In this document: piece by piece, positions 37,201 through 49,929 of the stretch
Numbering within the stretch: the first letter of the stretch is position 1
How the letters are laid out: the number at the start of each line of letters is the position of its first letter
Made by a program: the position numbers and the translations under genes
Notes under the pieces: model-generated
Told to the model about the DNA's origin: nothing
The model's input: only the letters and a program-made list of their open reading frames with translations
The model's database searches: none
Assembly: GCA_037379345.1 (NCBI GenBank)
Contig: CM074521.1
Coordinates: 33,380,704-33,444,703 of the forward strand
DNA: 64,000 nt
Source: Perna viridis
Lineage: Eukaryota
Reading direction: 5' to 3'

Positions 37201-39875
37201 CAATCGCTCTACCTTCTTCCGGACTTCTTTGTATTTTATAGCATCATTCACAAGAATCTTTCACAGAGATTTGGATGGGAAAATACCAGTGAATATGTAT
37301 CCCTTGAAATAATTAAAGAGAGAATTTAGCTGAAATATGAACTAGGTGTGGTATTAGTCCAAGTTGTTCCCTTTCTGTATCTATAAAGAATTGGAATATT
37401 CTATGCACGAAAATGTGTTTGGTAAGAAATTTTGTATCCTTTTGACAGAGTTGTTGTAGAAACATCAGTTTATGTTTTTTTATCAGTCACAGGTAGTCTT
37501 TCTAGATTTAACATACTTTCGTACCTGTCTAAACGTATTGAAATTTTTAAGCCTTGAAAATGTGTAACACGTGTTGGAATGCTTCAAGTGCATGAATATC
37601 TTTGACTTTTAGTTCATTCCAAAGCCCGCATTCATAAAGAACAGCAGAGACGATACTTCTACAGAACAAGCCACACACTGTTAAGGGGTTTCACAGAGAC
37701 GATTCGGTACCGACAATAGCAAAATAGGCGTTACGACTTTTTCTGCAGGCTTGCTGGGCACTGGTGACGCGTCTTTAGATCGATGTATTCCAGGATGTTT
37801 TGTTTCTTTTAGTACACATTTATTTCAAAGTCCTAGTTTAAAGCTATTTTTGTCATCAAAATAACTTATCACTACTGACTTGCTCGGTTTGAATTAAAAC
37901 CTTCATTTCAGCGAATAATTATAAGCACAATTTAGAAGGACTTGTAGTCTGTGTGATGATGTTCTGATGCACACTAGAATTCATTTGAGGTGTTTTCCGG
38001 TGTCTTACTTATTTTGTTTTGAAAATGAATATCGAGAACAGAGTTACTTTTTCGCTTTCTATGTCATGATATTGTGAAATTACTAGTAGTTTCCTAAATA
38101 GTCGAATATCGCACTCGGTTGCTTCGTCAGTTTCACGTCACGTTAAGTATTGACCATGTAAAATATTTTACGCTAATTGTTGCGTATTACGGAATTCATT
38201 CTTGTTTGTAGTCAGTGTATGAAGCGGAGGAAGAGCCTCTTGGTCTCACTTCATCGACCCATTTCTTACGAGCTAAACGTACATGTTTATGTGCATTTTT
38301 AACCTCAGTGTTCCAGTACGGGTTTGCCCTTGAATTAAAACTGGACGATGGTAAAGTAACAGTTGCACATGTAAGAAGCGTATCAGTCAATTTTTCGTTT
38401 AAACAGTCTATATCATTTCCATTAACAAATCAAACATTTTCTCGTCTATTAACTCCTTGTACCTTTGGTTCATTTGAGGGTGCTTTAGACCTATTTCCGT
38501 TAGAGTTTGTCATTAAAATGTCTTTATACGAAATTTTGTCTTTGTAATTGGAGGAAAGTTCAACTTAACTGTCACGGGTTGTACTTTTACTGTTTGGGAT
38601 CGGAGGCTCTTTAATTTGCCGTGTGTTTTACTGGCAATTTTGTTCTGAATTATCCCGTCCTACACTGTTAAGTTCATGCATGGGAATTTCACGTTGCTCT
38701 TTTTGCAGGTGGGGCATTTATTTTGCTTATGTGAGGTGAATCGTTTGTGTTCACATGTGCTTGTTTGTCACCCAAATTTCGATTAGCCTTTTCGGTGTTA
38801 CTCATTCACTCGATTTCCACATTCAATGTCGTTGATTTCGCCGAACAGTTAAACATAACGATACTCATAAGTGTCCATTTGGTTTAGGCTCATTGAGGTT
38901 CAAGGCGGGGCGCTTTTCTGTATCGACGTTTGAAGAGATGAGATTACACACGATTTTGTTTTATTTCCGATTGGAGTGTGCTGATTTGACTGTCAAACAC
39001 TGCAAAATCAGTTGTAGTTCGACTCATTACTTTCACTACTTTTGCATTAGATTCAAGTTTTGACACTCTTGGAATGAATTCGGCTTTAAAAAGTTCGAAT
39101 TGTTGCTATTGGATTTCAACGCTTGTTTCAAGTTCTAGTATTTATGCAGAAAGTTTCTTCTCTAAGATTTCTTTGTTTTTTAACTACTTTCCAGTGTTGT
39201 AGTTAATCTTTCAATTAATAATTGTACTGTACTGATAAGTTCTACCTGATAGACCAGATTGTTTTCATTGATAGTTTCATTAGTCACATTGCTATTTAGC
39301 GGGTTTATAAATTTACTGAAATCTGAGTCTATTTCTGTAGATTCACCCTCTATATACATTTGAAGAACATAACAATCTTTCCCATACTTTTATATGCTTG
39401 AAGCCTTGTTCGTTGTCATTCTGTAGTACATTTTACCCTTCGGGCACCCCTAAATATCATTTGCCCAAAATAGGAAAATATAATGATACCAGGTTATTAG
39501 GGATTCATTTCCATTGGCAAGGTTCAGTTGCTTTAGTATTCTTGTCTCTTGGTCGAATATGTGTGTATGTGGTCTAGTTTTAGTAATGTTTGCTGAGAAG
39601 GAATGTAGGTGTCTTGCGTGAAAAAAAGTGGTACCTTATGGCTGCCATCATGAATGTTTACATTTTGCAACTGGGACCATTGGTCATATTGCGAAGAGTT
39701 CAAAAGATCGATTGCACTGTTATTGTATACGGATGTGTTGTACTGACTACCTTCTAGACTGTCTTAAGTCTTACTGACACCACTTCTGTGAACATAGGAC
39801 TTCCTGACTCATCAATGATACCAGAATTTGGATCACAGTCAGGGGAACGTTCAAAACATGCGGCCATTTTTTTCT
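37200..39875 (-). mobile_element. Decayed LINE (RTEX-like) inside array segment A, repeated in all six copies
   Basis: NPYWNTEVKNAHKHVRLARKKWVDEVRPRGSSSASYTDYK; NAYFAIVG...KPLTVCGL...SAVLYECGLWNEL; putative 5' start aaaatggccgc near 39870. Confidence 0.7.
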
Positions 39876-40498
39876 GTCTCCCATATAGGAGTTTTTGAAT
39901 TTTGTGATACTGCAAATTTCGATAAATAATTTATGATATAAAACGAGACACAATTCACTCCTCATACATTTAAGAAATAACTTGGTGAACACTATTTTCA
40001 GAATTGTGGAGTAATATGACTTGACTTATGAAATAAATTGTAACTAAGCAAACTATTTATAATAATATTCTTTCCAGAATATGTGCCGCTTAAAATTTCT
40101 TTTTCACGTGCAAATGATGTCCGGCTGTTTTCTTTACCGACTGCTTGAGAATCCCTTAATATTTGTAAAGACGCAGGATAGTCGGATTGTCAGTTGGCCA
40201 GCATTCATAGAGACAAAAGTAAAAAATAATATTTTACTAAAACTAAATAAACTGAACAAATCAAACAAAACTAAACATATATATACAACATGCAAATGAA
40301 CATAAGTAAATGGGCATGCAAATGAAAGTATGTAAGCAAACAAAAGTCACAGTTCACACACAGTAAACAAACTAAAAAATGGTGTAGTAAAATCTAATAG
40401 ATTATTCAATCAACATCTCTCACCATAGCTTCTACGGTACACCATAATCGATGGTCAAGATCTAGGACGCAACGATTTCTGTAGACTTTCAATATAAA

Positions 40499-40941
40499 CT
40501 GGAGTTTGACCTTGGACGTATAATGACATGCTAATATTTTAATTGTAGAAATGTCATTTAACATTTTCGAACATACACTATATGCCAGTTTAGTGATAGG
40601 TACGTTTCCATTAAAAAAGAGCGCATATTGTGAAGTGATAACAGGACGAGGATCCCGTATTAGGAGTATGATTTTCAGATTCTCAATAATTGACATCATC
40701 GGCCTCAGTTCAAAGAGTGGAAATCGAATTGTTTTTATTACTACAGCACTAGCCTCCTTACAATGGTTTTCAAGTTCAAGCATATTAGATTCAAACACAA
40801 CAGAAGTTTTCTTGGCATCTTTTAAATCTGAAACACCTTGAAATTTCCGATAAAAAGACAGAAGCTGATCCCCTTGATTATTCGTCTGATTAGCCCAAGA
40901 CACAAAAAACTCGAAAGGAAGTCCAGTAATATTGCATGTTA
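40499..40941 (-). pseudogene. Internal fragment of a carbohydrate (Gal/GlcNAc-6-O) sulfotransferase-family gene, copy 1
   Basis: Open frame LTCNITGLP...LENHCKEASAVVIKTIRF...NLKIILLIRDPRPVITSQ...VCSKMLND; RDPR..S is the 3'-phosphate PAPS-binding motif. The 5'-PSB loop, TM anchor and C-terminus are absent. Confidence 0.85.
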
Positions 40942-43900
40942 GCAACATGTTTATATTCTTTAAGAATTTTTGGTCAAGTATCAGTATTAACCCCAATTCT
41001 TCTTGATTAGAGAAAAGCAATCACATTTCTTTGTCTTGCAGTGGTTGATTCTGAACTTCCAATCTATGCAAAAATTATCAAGTTCATACAAACAATGCTT
41101 CAAATCCTCCCGGAGATGTATATACTGAGTCACCTGTGTATGGTTGATACATAGTTGTTCAGAATAACTGGCTCATAAACATCTTTGTGATATGATTTGA
41201 TATTATCAAATTAAGAGAATAAATGTCAAATACTGGTTTCTCATATCCTCTTGGTAATTTCTCTTTAAAGGTGACTTTCAATTTGCGTCATAACAAAATG
41301 ATACTCACAAAAAAATTGGAACCCACAAAATTATTTGAACAGGATATACATATATATATCAGTATCATACGGAGATTGACATACACAGAAATAAATAAAT
41401 TCAAAGACTAATTCAATCAGGTTAATAAGAAATGTCCAAAGTGTTATGAGACTATCGAAGATTCAAGAATAAACCTGTTACACTTTACATAATTTTAAAA
41501 TAGACAACAAGATATCATATACTGGGCTTCCACATAAATGACACTGTCCATCTTTTGGTTAACCAACCCATAGGTAAGCAATTCGCTTAAAATTATCAAT
41601 TTTTAGGTTTCCACTGTGTCTAGCGAATTGCCAAATTAAGTCGATCATTGGGTGCTTCTAAACTTGAAGAATCGAGAAAAGTCACGGTATTTCGCAATCG
41701 CTCTACCTTCTTCCGGACTTCTTTGTATTTTATAGCATCATTCACAAGAATCTTTCACAGAGATTTGGATGGGAAAATACCAGTGAATATGTATCCCTTG
41801 AAATAATTAAAGAGAGAATTTAGCTGAAATATGAACTAGGTGTGGTATTAGTCCAAGTTGTTCCCTTTCTGTATCTATAAAGAATTGGAATATTCTATGC
41901 ACGAAAATGTGTTTGGTAAGAAATTTTGTATCCTTTTGACAGAGTTGTTGTAGAAACATCAGTTTATGTTTTTTTATCAGTCACAGGTAGTCTTTCTAGA
42001 TTTAACATACTTTCGTACCTGTCTAAACGTATTGAAATTTTTAAGCCTTGAAAATGTGTAACACGTGTTGGAATGCTTCAAGTGCATGAATATCTTTGAC
42101 TTTTAGTTCATTCCAAAGCCCGCATTCATAAAGAACAGCAGAGACGATACTTCTACAGAACAAGCCACACACTGTTAAGGGGTTTCACAGAGACGATTCG
42201 GTACCGACAATAGCAAAATAGGCGTTACGACTTTTTCTGCAGGCTTGCTGGGCACTGGTGACGCGTCTTTAGATCGATGTATTCCAGGATGTTTTGTTTC
42301 TTTTAGTACACATTTATTTCAAAGTCCTAGTTTAAAGCTATTTTTGTCATCAAAATAACTTATCACTACTGACTTGCTCGGTTTGAATTAAAACCTTCAT
42401 TTCAGCGAATAATTATAAGCACAATTTAGAAGGACTTGTAGTCTGTGTGATGATGTTCTGATGCACACTAGAATTCATTTGAGGTGTTTTCCGGTGTCTT
42501 ACTTATTTTGTTTTGAAAATGAATATCGAGAACAGAGTTACTTTTTCGCTTTCTATGTCATGATATTGTGAAATTACTAGTAGTTTCCTAAATAGTCGAA
42601 TATCGCACTCGGTTGCTTCGTCAGTTTCACGTCACGTTAAGTATTGACCATGTAAAATATTTTACGCTAATTGTTGCGTATTACGGAATTCATTCTTGTT
42701 TGTAGTCAGTGTATGAAGCGGAGGAAGAGCCTCTTGGTCTCACTTCATCGACCCATTTCTTACGAGCTAAACGTACATGTTTATGTGCATTTTTAACCTC
42801 AGTGTTCCAGTACGGGTTTGCCCTTGAATTAAAACTGGACGATGGTAAAGTAACAGTTGCACATGTAAGAAGCGTATCAGTCAATTTTTCGTTTAAACAG
42901 TCTATATCATTTCCATTAACAAATCAAACATTTTCTCGTCTATTAACTCCTTGTACCTTTGGTTCATTTGAGGGTGCTTTAGACCTATTTCCGTTAGAGT
43001 TTGTCATTAAAATGTCTTTATACGAAATTTTGTCTTTGTAATTGGAGGAAAGTTCAACTTAACTGTCACGGGTTGTACTTTTACTGTTTGGGATCGGAGG
43101 CTCTTTAATTTGCCGTGTGTTTTACTGGCAATTTTGTTCTGAATTATCCCGTCCTACACTGTTAAGTTCATGCATGGGAATTTCACGTTGCTCTTTTTGC
43201 AGGTGGGGCATTTATTTTGCTTATGTGAGGTGAATCGTTTGTGTTCACATGTGCTTGTTTGTCACCCAAATTTCGATTAGCCTTTTCGGTGTTACTCATT
43301 CACTCGATTTCCACATTCAATGTCGTTGATTTCGCCGAACAGTTAAACATAACGATACTCATAAGTGTCCATTTGGTTTAGGCTCATTGAGGTTCAAGGC
43401 GGGGCGCTTTTCTGTATCGACGTTTGAAGAGATGAGATTACACACGATTTTGTTTTATTTCCGATTGGAGTGTGCTGATTTGACTGTCAAACACTGCAAA
43501 ATCAGTTGTAGTTCGACTCATTACTTTCACTACTTTTGCATTAGATTCAAGTTTTGACACTCTTGGAATGAATTCGGCTTTAAAAAGTTCGAATTGTTGC
43601 TATTGGATTTCAACGCTTGTTTCAAGTTCTAGTATTTATGCAGAAAGTTTCTTCTCTAAGATTTCTTTGTTTTTTAACTACTTTCCAGTGTTGTAGTTAA
43701 TCTTTCAATTAATAATTGTACTGTACTGATAAGTTCTACCTGATAGACCAGATTGTTTTCATTGATAGTTTCATTAGTCACATTGCTATTTAGCGGGTTT
43801 ATAAATTTACTGAAATCTGAGTCTATTTCTGTAGATTCACCCTCTATATACATTTGAAGAACATAACAATCTTTCCCATACTTTTATATGCTTGAAGCCT

Positions 43901-44992
43901 TGTTCGTTGTCATTCTGTAGTACATTTTACCCTTCGGGCACCCCTAAATATCATTTGCCCAAAATAGGAAAATATAATGATACCAGGTTATTAGGGATTC
44001 ATTTCCATTGGCAAGGTTCAGTTGCTTTAGTATTCTTGTCTCTTGGTCGAATATGTGTGTATGTGGTCTAGTTTTAGTAATGTTTGCTGAGAAGGAATGT
44101 AGGTGTCTTGCGTGAAAAAAAGTGGTACCTTATGGCTGCCATCATGAATGTTTACATTTTGCAACTGGGACCATTGGTCATATTGCGAAGAGTTCAAAAG
44201 ATCGATTGCACTGTTATTGTATACGGATGTGTTGTACTGACTACCTTCTAGACTGTCTTAAGTCTTACTGACACCACTTCTGTGAACATAGGACTTCCTG
44301 ACTCATCAATGATACCAGAATTTGGATCACAGTCAGGGGAACGTTCAAAACATGCGGCCATTTTTTTCTGTCTCCCATATAGGAGTTTTTGAATTTTGTG
44401 ATACTGCAAATTTCGATAAATAATTTATGATATAAAACGAGACACAATTCACTCCTCATACATTTAAGAAATAACTTGGTGAACACTATTTTCAGAATTG
44501 TGGAGTAATATGACTTGACTTATGAAATAAATTGTAACTAAGCAAACTATTTATAATAATATTCTTTCCAGAATATGTGCCGCTTAAAATTTCTTTTTCA
44601 CGTGCAAATGATGTCCGGCTGTTTTCTTTACCGACTGCTTGAGAATCCCTTAATATTTGTAAAGACGCAGGATAGTCGGATTGTCAGTTGGCCAGCATTC
44701 ATAGAGACAAAAGTAAAAAATAATATTTTACTAAAACTAAATAAACTGAACAAATCAAACAAAACTAAACATATATATACAACATGCAAATGAACATAAG
44801 TAAATGGGCATGCAAATGAAAGTATGTAAGCAAACAAAAGTCACAGTTCACACACAGTAAACAAACTAAAAAATGGTGTAGTAAAATCTAATAGATTATT
44901 CAATCAACATCTCTCACCATAGCTTCTACGGTACACCATAATCGATGGTCAAGATCTAGGACGCAACGATTTCTGTAGACTTTCAATATAAA

Positions 44993-45435
44993 CTGGAGTT
45001 TGACCTTGGACGTATAATGACATGCTAATATTTTAATTGTAGAAATGTCATTTAACATTTTCGAACATACACTATATGCCAGTTTAGTGATAGGTACGTT
45101 TCCATTAAAAAAGAGCGCATATTGTGAAGTGATAACAGGACGAGGATCCCGTATTAGGAGTATGATTTTCAGATTCTCAATAATTGACATCATCGGCCTC
45201 AGTTCAAAGAGTGGAAATCGAATTGTTTTTATTACTACAGCACTAGCCTCCTTACAATGGTTTTCAAGTTCAAGCATATTAGATTCAAACACAACAGAAG
45301 TTTTCTTGGCATCTTTTAAATCTGAAACACCTTGAAATTTCCGATAAAACGACAGAAGCTGATCCCCTTGATTATTCGTCTGATTAGCCCAAGACACAAA
45401 AAACTCGAAAGGAAGTCCAGTAATATTGCATGTTA
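44993..45435 (-). pseudogene. Carbohydrate sulfotransferase fragment, copy 2
   Basis: Same translation as copy 1 (within ORF 44900..45514). Confidence 0.85.
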
Positions 45436-48400
45436 GCAACATGTTTATATTCTTTAAGAATTTTTGGTCAAGTATCAGTATTAACCCCAATTCTTCTTGA
45501 TTAGAGAAAAGCAATCACATTTCTTTGTCTTGCAGTGGTTGATTCTGAACTTCCAATCTATGCAAAAATTATCAAGTTCATACAAACAATGCTTCAAATC
45601 CTCCCGGAGATGTATATACTGAGTCACCTGTGTATGGTTGATACATAGTTGTTCAGAATAACTGGCTCATAAACATCTTTGTGATATGATTTGATATTAT
45701 CAAATTAAGAGAATAAATGTCAAATACTGGTTTCTCATATCCTCTTGGTAATTTCTCTTTAAAGGTGACTTTCAATTTGCGTCATAACAAAATGATACTC
45801 ACAAAAAAATTGGAACCCACAAAATTATTTGAACAGGATATACATATATATATCAGTATCATACGGAGATTGACATACACAGAAATAAATAAATTCAAAG
45901 ACTAATTCAATCAGGTTAATAAGAAATGTCCAAAGTGTTATGAGACTATCGAAGATTCAAGAATAAACCTGTTACACTTTACATAATTTTAAAATAGACA
46001 ACAAGATATCATATACTGGGCTTCCACATAAATGACACTGTCCATCTTTTGGTTAACCAACCCATAGGTAAGCAATTCGCTTAAAATTATCAATTTTTAG
46101 GTTTCCACTGTGTCTAGCGAATTGCCAAATTAAGTCGATCATTGGGTGCTTCTAAACTTGAAGAATCGAGAAAAGTCACGGTATTTCGCAATCGCTCTAC
46201 CTTCTTCCGGACTTCTTTGTATTTTATAGCATCATTCACAAGAATCTTTCACAGAGATTTGGATGGGAAAATACCAGTGAATATGTATCCCTTGAAATAA
46301 TTAAAGAGAGAATTTAGCTGAAATATGAACTAGGTGTGGTATTAGTCCAAGTTGTTCCCTTTCTGTATCTATAAAGAATTGGAATATTCTATGCACGAAA
46401 ATGTGTTTGGTAAGAAATTTTGTATCCTTTTGACAGAGTTGTTGTAGAAACATCAGTTTATGTTTTTTTATCAGTCACAGGTAGTCTTTCTAGATTTAAC
46501 ATACTTTCGTACCTGTCTAAACGTATTGAAATTTTTAAGCCTTGAAAATGTGTAACACGTGTTGGAATGCTTCAAGTGCATGAATATCTTTGACTTTTAG
46601 TTCATTCCAAAGCCCGCATTCATAAAGAACAGCAGAGACGATACTTCTACAGAACAAGCCACACACTGTTAAGGGGTTTCACAGAGACGATTCGGTACCG
46701 ACAATAGCAAAATAGGCGTTACGACTTTTTCTGCAGGCTTGCTGGGCACTGGTGACGCGTCTTTAGATCGATGTATTCCAGGATGTTTTGTTTCTTTTAG
46801 TACACATTTATTTCAAAGTCCTAGTTTAAAGCTATTTTTGTCATCAAAATAACTTATCACTACTGACTTGCTCGGTTTGAATTAAAACCTTCATTTCAGC
46901 GAATAATTATAAGCACAATTTAGAAGGACTTGTAGTCTGTGTGATGATGTTCTGATGCACACTAGAATTCATTTGAGGTGTTTTCCGGTGTCTTACTTAT
47001 TTTGTTTTGAAAATGAATATCGAGAACAGAGTTACTTTTTCGCTTTCTATGTCATGATATTGTGAAATTACTAGTAGTTTCCTAAATAGTCGAATATCGC
47101 ACTCGGTTGCTTCGTCAGTTTCACGTCACGTTAAGTATTGACCATGTAAAATATTTTACGCTAATTGTTGCGTATTACGGAATTCATTCTTGTTTGTAGT
47201 CAGTGTATGAAGCGGAGGAAGAGCCTCTTGGTCTCACTTCATCGACCCATTTCTTACGAGCTAAACGTACATGTTTATGTGCATTTTTAACCTCAGTGTT
47301 CCAGTACGGGTTTGCCCTTGAATTAAAACTGGACGATGGTAAAGTAACAGTTGCACATGTAAGAAGCGTATCAGTCAATTTTTCGTTTAAACAGTCTATA
47401 TCATTTCCATTAACAAATCAAACATTTTCTCGTCTATTAACTCCTTGTACCTTTGGTTCATTTGAGGGTGCTTTAGACCTATTTCCGTTAGAGTTTGTCA
47501 TTAAAATGTCTTTATACGAAATTTTGTCTTTGTAATTGGAGGAAAGTTCAACTTAACTGTCACGGGTTGTACTTTTACTGTTTGGGATCGGAGGCTCTTT
47601 AATTTGCCGTGTGTTTTACTGGCAATTTTGTTCTGAATTATCCCGTCCTACACTGTTAAGTTCATGCATGGGAATTTCACGTTGCTCTTTTTGCAGGTGG
47701 GGCATTTATTTTGCTTATGTGAGGTGAATCGTTTGTGTTCACATGTGCTTGTTTGTCACCCAAATTTCGATTAGCCTTTTCGGTGTTACTCATTCACTCG
47801 ATTTCCACATTCAATGTCGTTGATTTCGCCGAACAGTTAAACATAACGATACTCATAAGTGTCCATTTGGTTTAGGCTCATTGAGGTTCAAGGCGGGGCG
47901 CTTTTCTGTATCGACGTTTGAAGAGATGAGATTACACACGATTTTGTTTTATTTCCGATTGGAGTGTGCTGATTTGACTGTCAAACACTGCAAAATCAGT
48001 TGTAGTTCGACTCATTACTTTCACTACTTTTGCATTAGATTCAAGTTTTGACACTCTTGGAATGAATTCGGCTTTAAAAAGTTCGAATTGTTGCTATTGG
48101 ATTTCAACGCTTGTTTCAAGTTCTAGTATTTATGCAGAAAGTTTCTTCTCTAAGATTTCTTTGTTTTTTAACTACTTTCCAGTGTTGTAGTTAATCTTTC
48201 AATTAATAATTGTACTGTACTGATAAGTTCTACCTGATAGACCAGATTGTTTTCATTGATAGTTTCATTAGTCACATTGCTATTTAGCGGGTTTATAAAT
48301 TTACTGAAATCTGAGTCTATTTCTGTAGATTCACCCTCTATATACATTTGAAGAACATAACAATCTTTCCCATACTTTTATATGCTTGAAGCCTTGTTCG

Positions 48401-49486
48401 TTGTCATTCTGTAGTACATTTTACCCTTCGGGCACCCCTAAATATCATTTGCCCAAAATAGGAAAATATAATGATACCAGGTTATTAGGGATTCATTTCC
48501 ATTGGCAAGGTTCAGTTGCTTTAGTATTCTTGTCTCTTGGTCGAATATGTGTGTATGTGGTCTAGTTTTAGTAATGTTTGCTGAGAAGGAATGTAGGTGT
48601 CTTGCGTGAAAAAAAGTGGTACCTTATGGCTGCCATCATGAATGTTTACATTTTGCAACTGGGACCATTGGTCATATTGCGAAGAGTTCAAAAGATCGAT
48701 TGCACTGTTATTGTATACGGATGTGTTGTACTGACTACCTTCTAGACTGTCTTAAGTCTTACTGACACCACTTCTGTGAACATAGGACTTCCTGACTCAT
48801 CAATGATACCAGAATTTGGATCACAGTCAGGGGAACGTTCAAAACATGCGGCCATTTTTTTCTGTCTCCCATATAGGAGTTTTTGAATTTTGTGATACTG
48901 CAAATTTCGATAAATAATTTATGATATAAAACGAGACACAATTCACTCCTCATACATTTAAGAAATAACTTGGTGAACACTATTTTCAGAATTGTGGAGT
49001 AATATGACTTGACTTATGAAATAAATTGTAACTAAGCAAACTATTTATAATAATATTCTTTCCAGAATATGTGCCGCTTAAAATTTCTTTTTCACGTGCA
49101 AATGATGTCCGGCTGTTTTCTTTACCGACTGCTTGAGAATCCCTTAATATTTGTAAAGACGCAGGATAGTCGGATTGTCAGTTGGCCAGCATTCATAGAG
49201 ACAAAAGTAAAAAATAATATTTTACTAAAACTAAATAAACTGAACAAATCAAACAAAACTAAACATATATATACAACATGCAAATGAACATAAGTAAATG
49301 GGCATGCAAATGAAAGTATGTAAGCAAACAAAAGTCACAGTTCACACACAGTAAACAAACTAAAAAATGGTGTAGTAAAATCTAATAGATTATTCAATCA
49401 ACATCTCTCACCATAGCTTCTACGGTACACCATAATCGATGGTCAAGATCTAGGACGCAACGATTTCTGTAGACTTTCAATATAAA

Positions 49487-49929
49487 CTGGAGTTTGACCT
49501 TGGACGTATAATGACATGCTAATATTTTAATTGTAGAAATGTCATTTAACATTTTCGAACATACACTATATGCCAGTTTAGTGATAGGTACGTTTCCATT
49601 AAAAAAGAGCGCATATTGTGAAGTGATAACAGGACGAGGATCCCGTATTAGGAGTATGATTTTCAGATTCTCAATAATTGACATCATCGGCCTCAGTTCA
49701 AAGAGTGGAAATCGAATTGTTTTTATTACTACAGCACTAGCCTCCTTACAATGGTTTTCAAGTTCAAGCATATTAGATTCAAACACAACAGAAGTTTTCT
49801 TGGCATCTTTTAAATCTGAAACACCTTGAAATTTCCGATAAAACGACAGAAGCTGATCCCCTTGATTATTCGTCTGATTAGCCCAAGACACAAAAAACTC
49901 GAAAGGAAGTCCAGTAATATTGCATGTTA
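49487..49929 (-). pseudogene. Carbohydrate sulfotransferase fragment, copy 3
   Basis: Same translation as copy 1 (within ORF 49394..50008). Confidence 0.85.
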
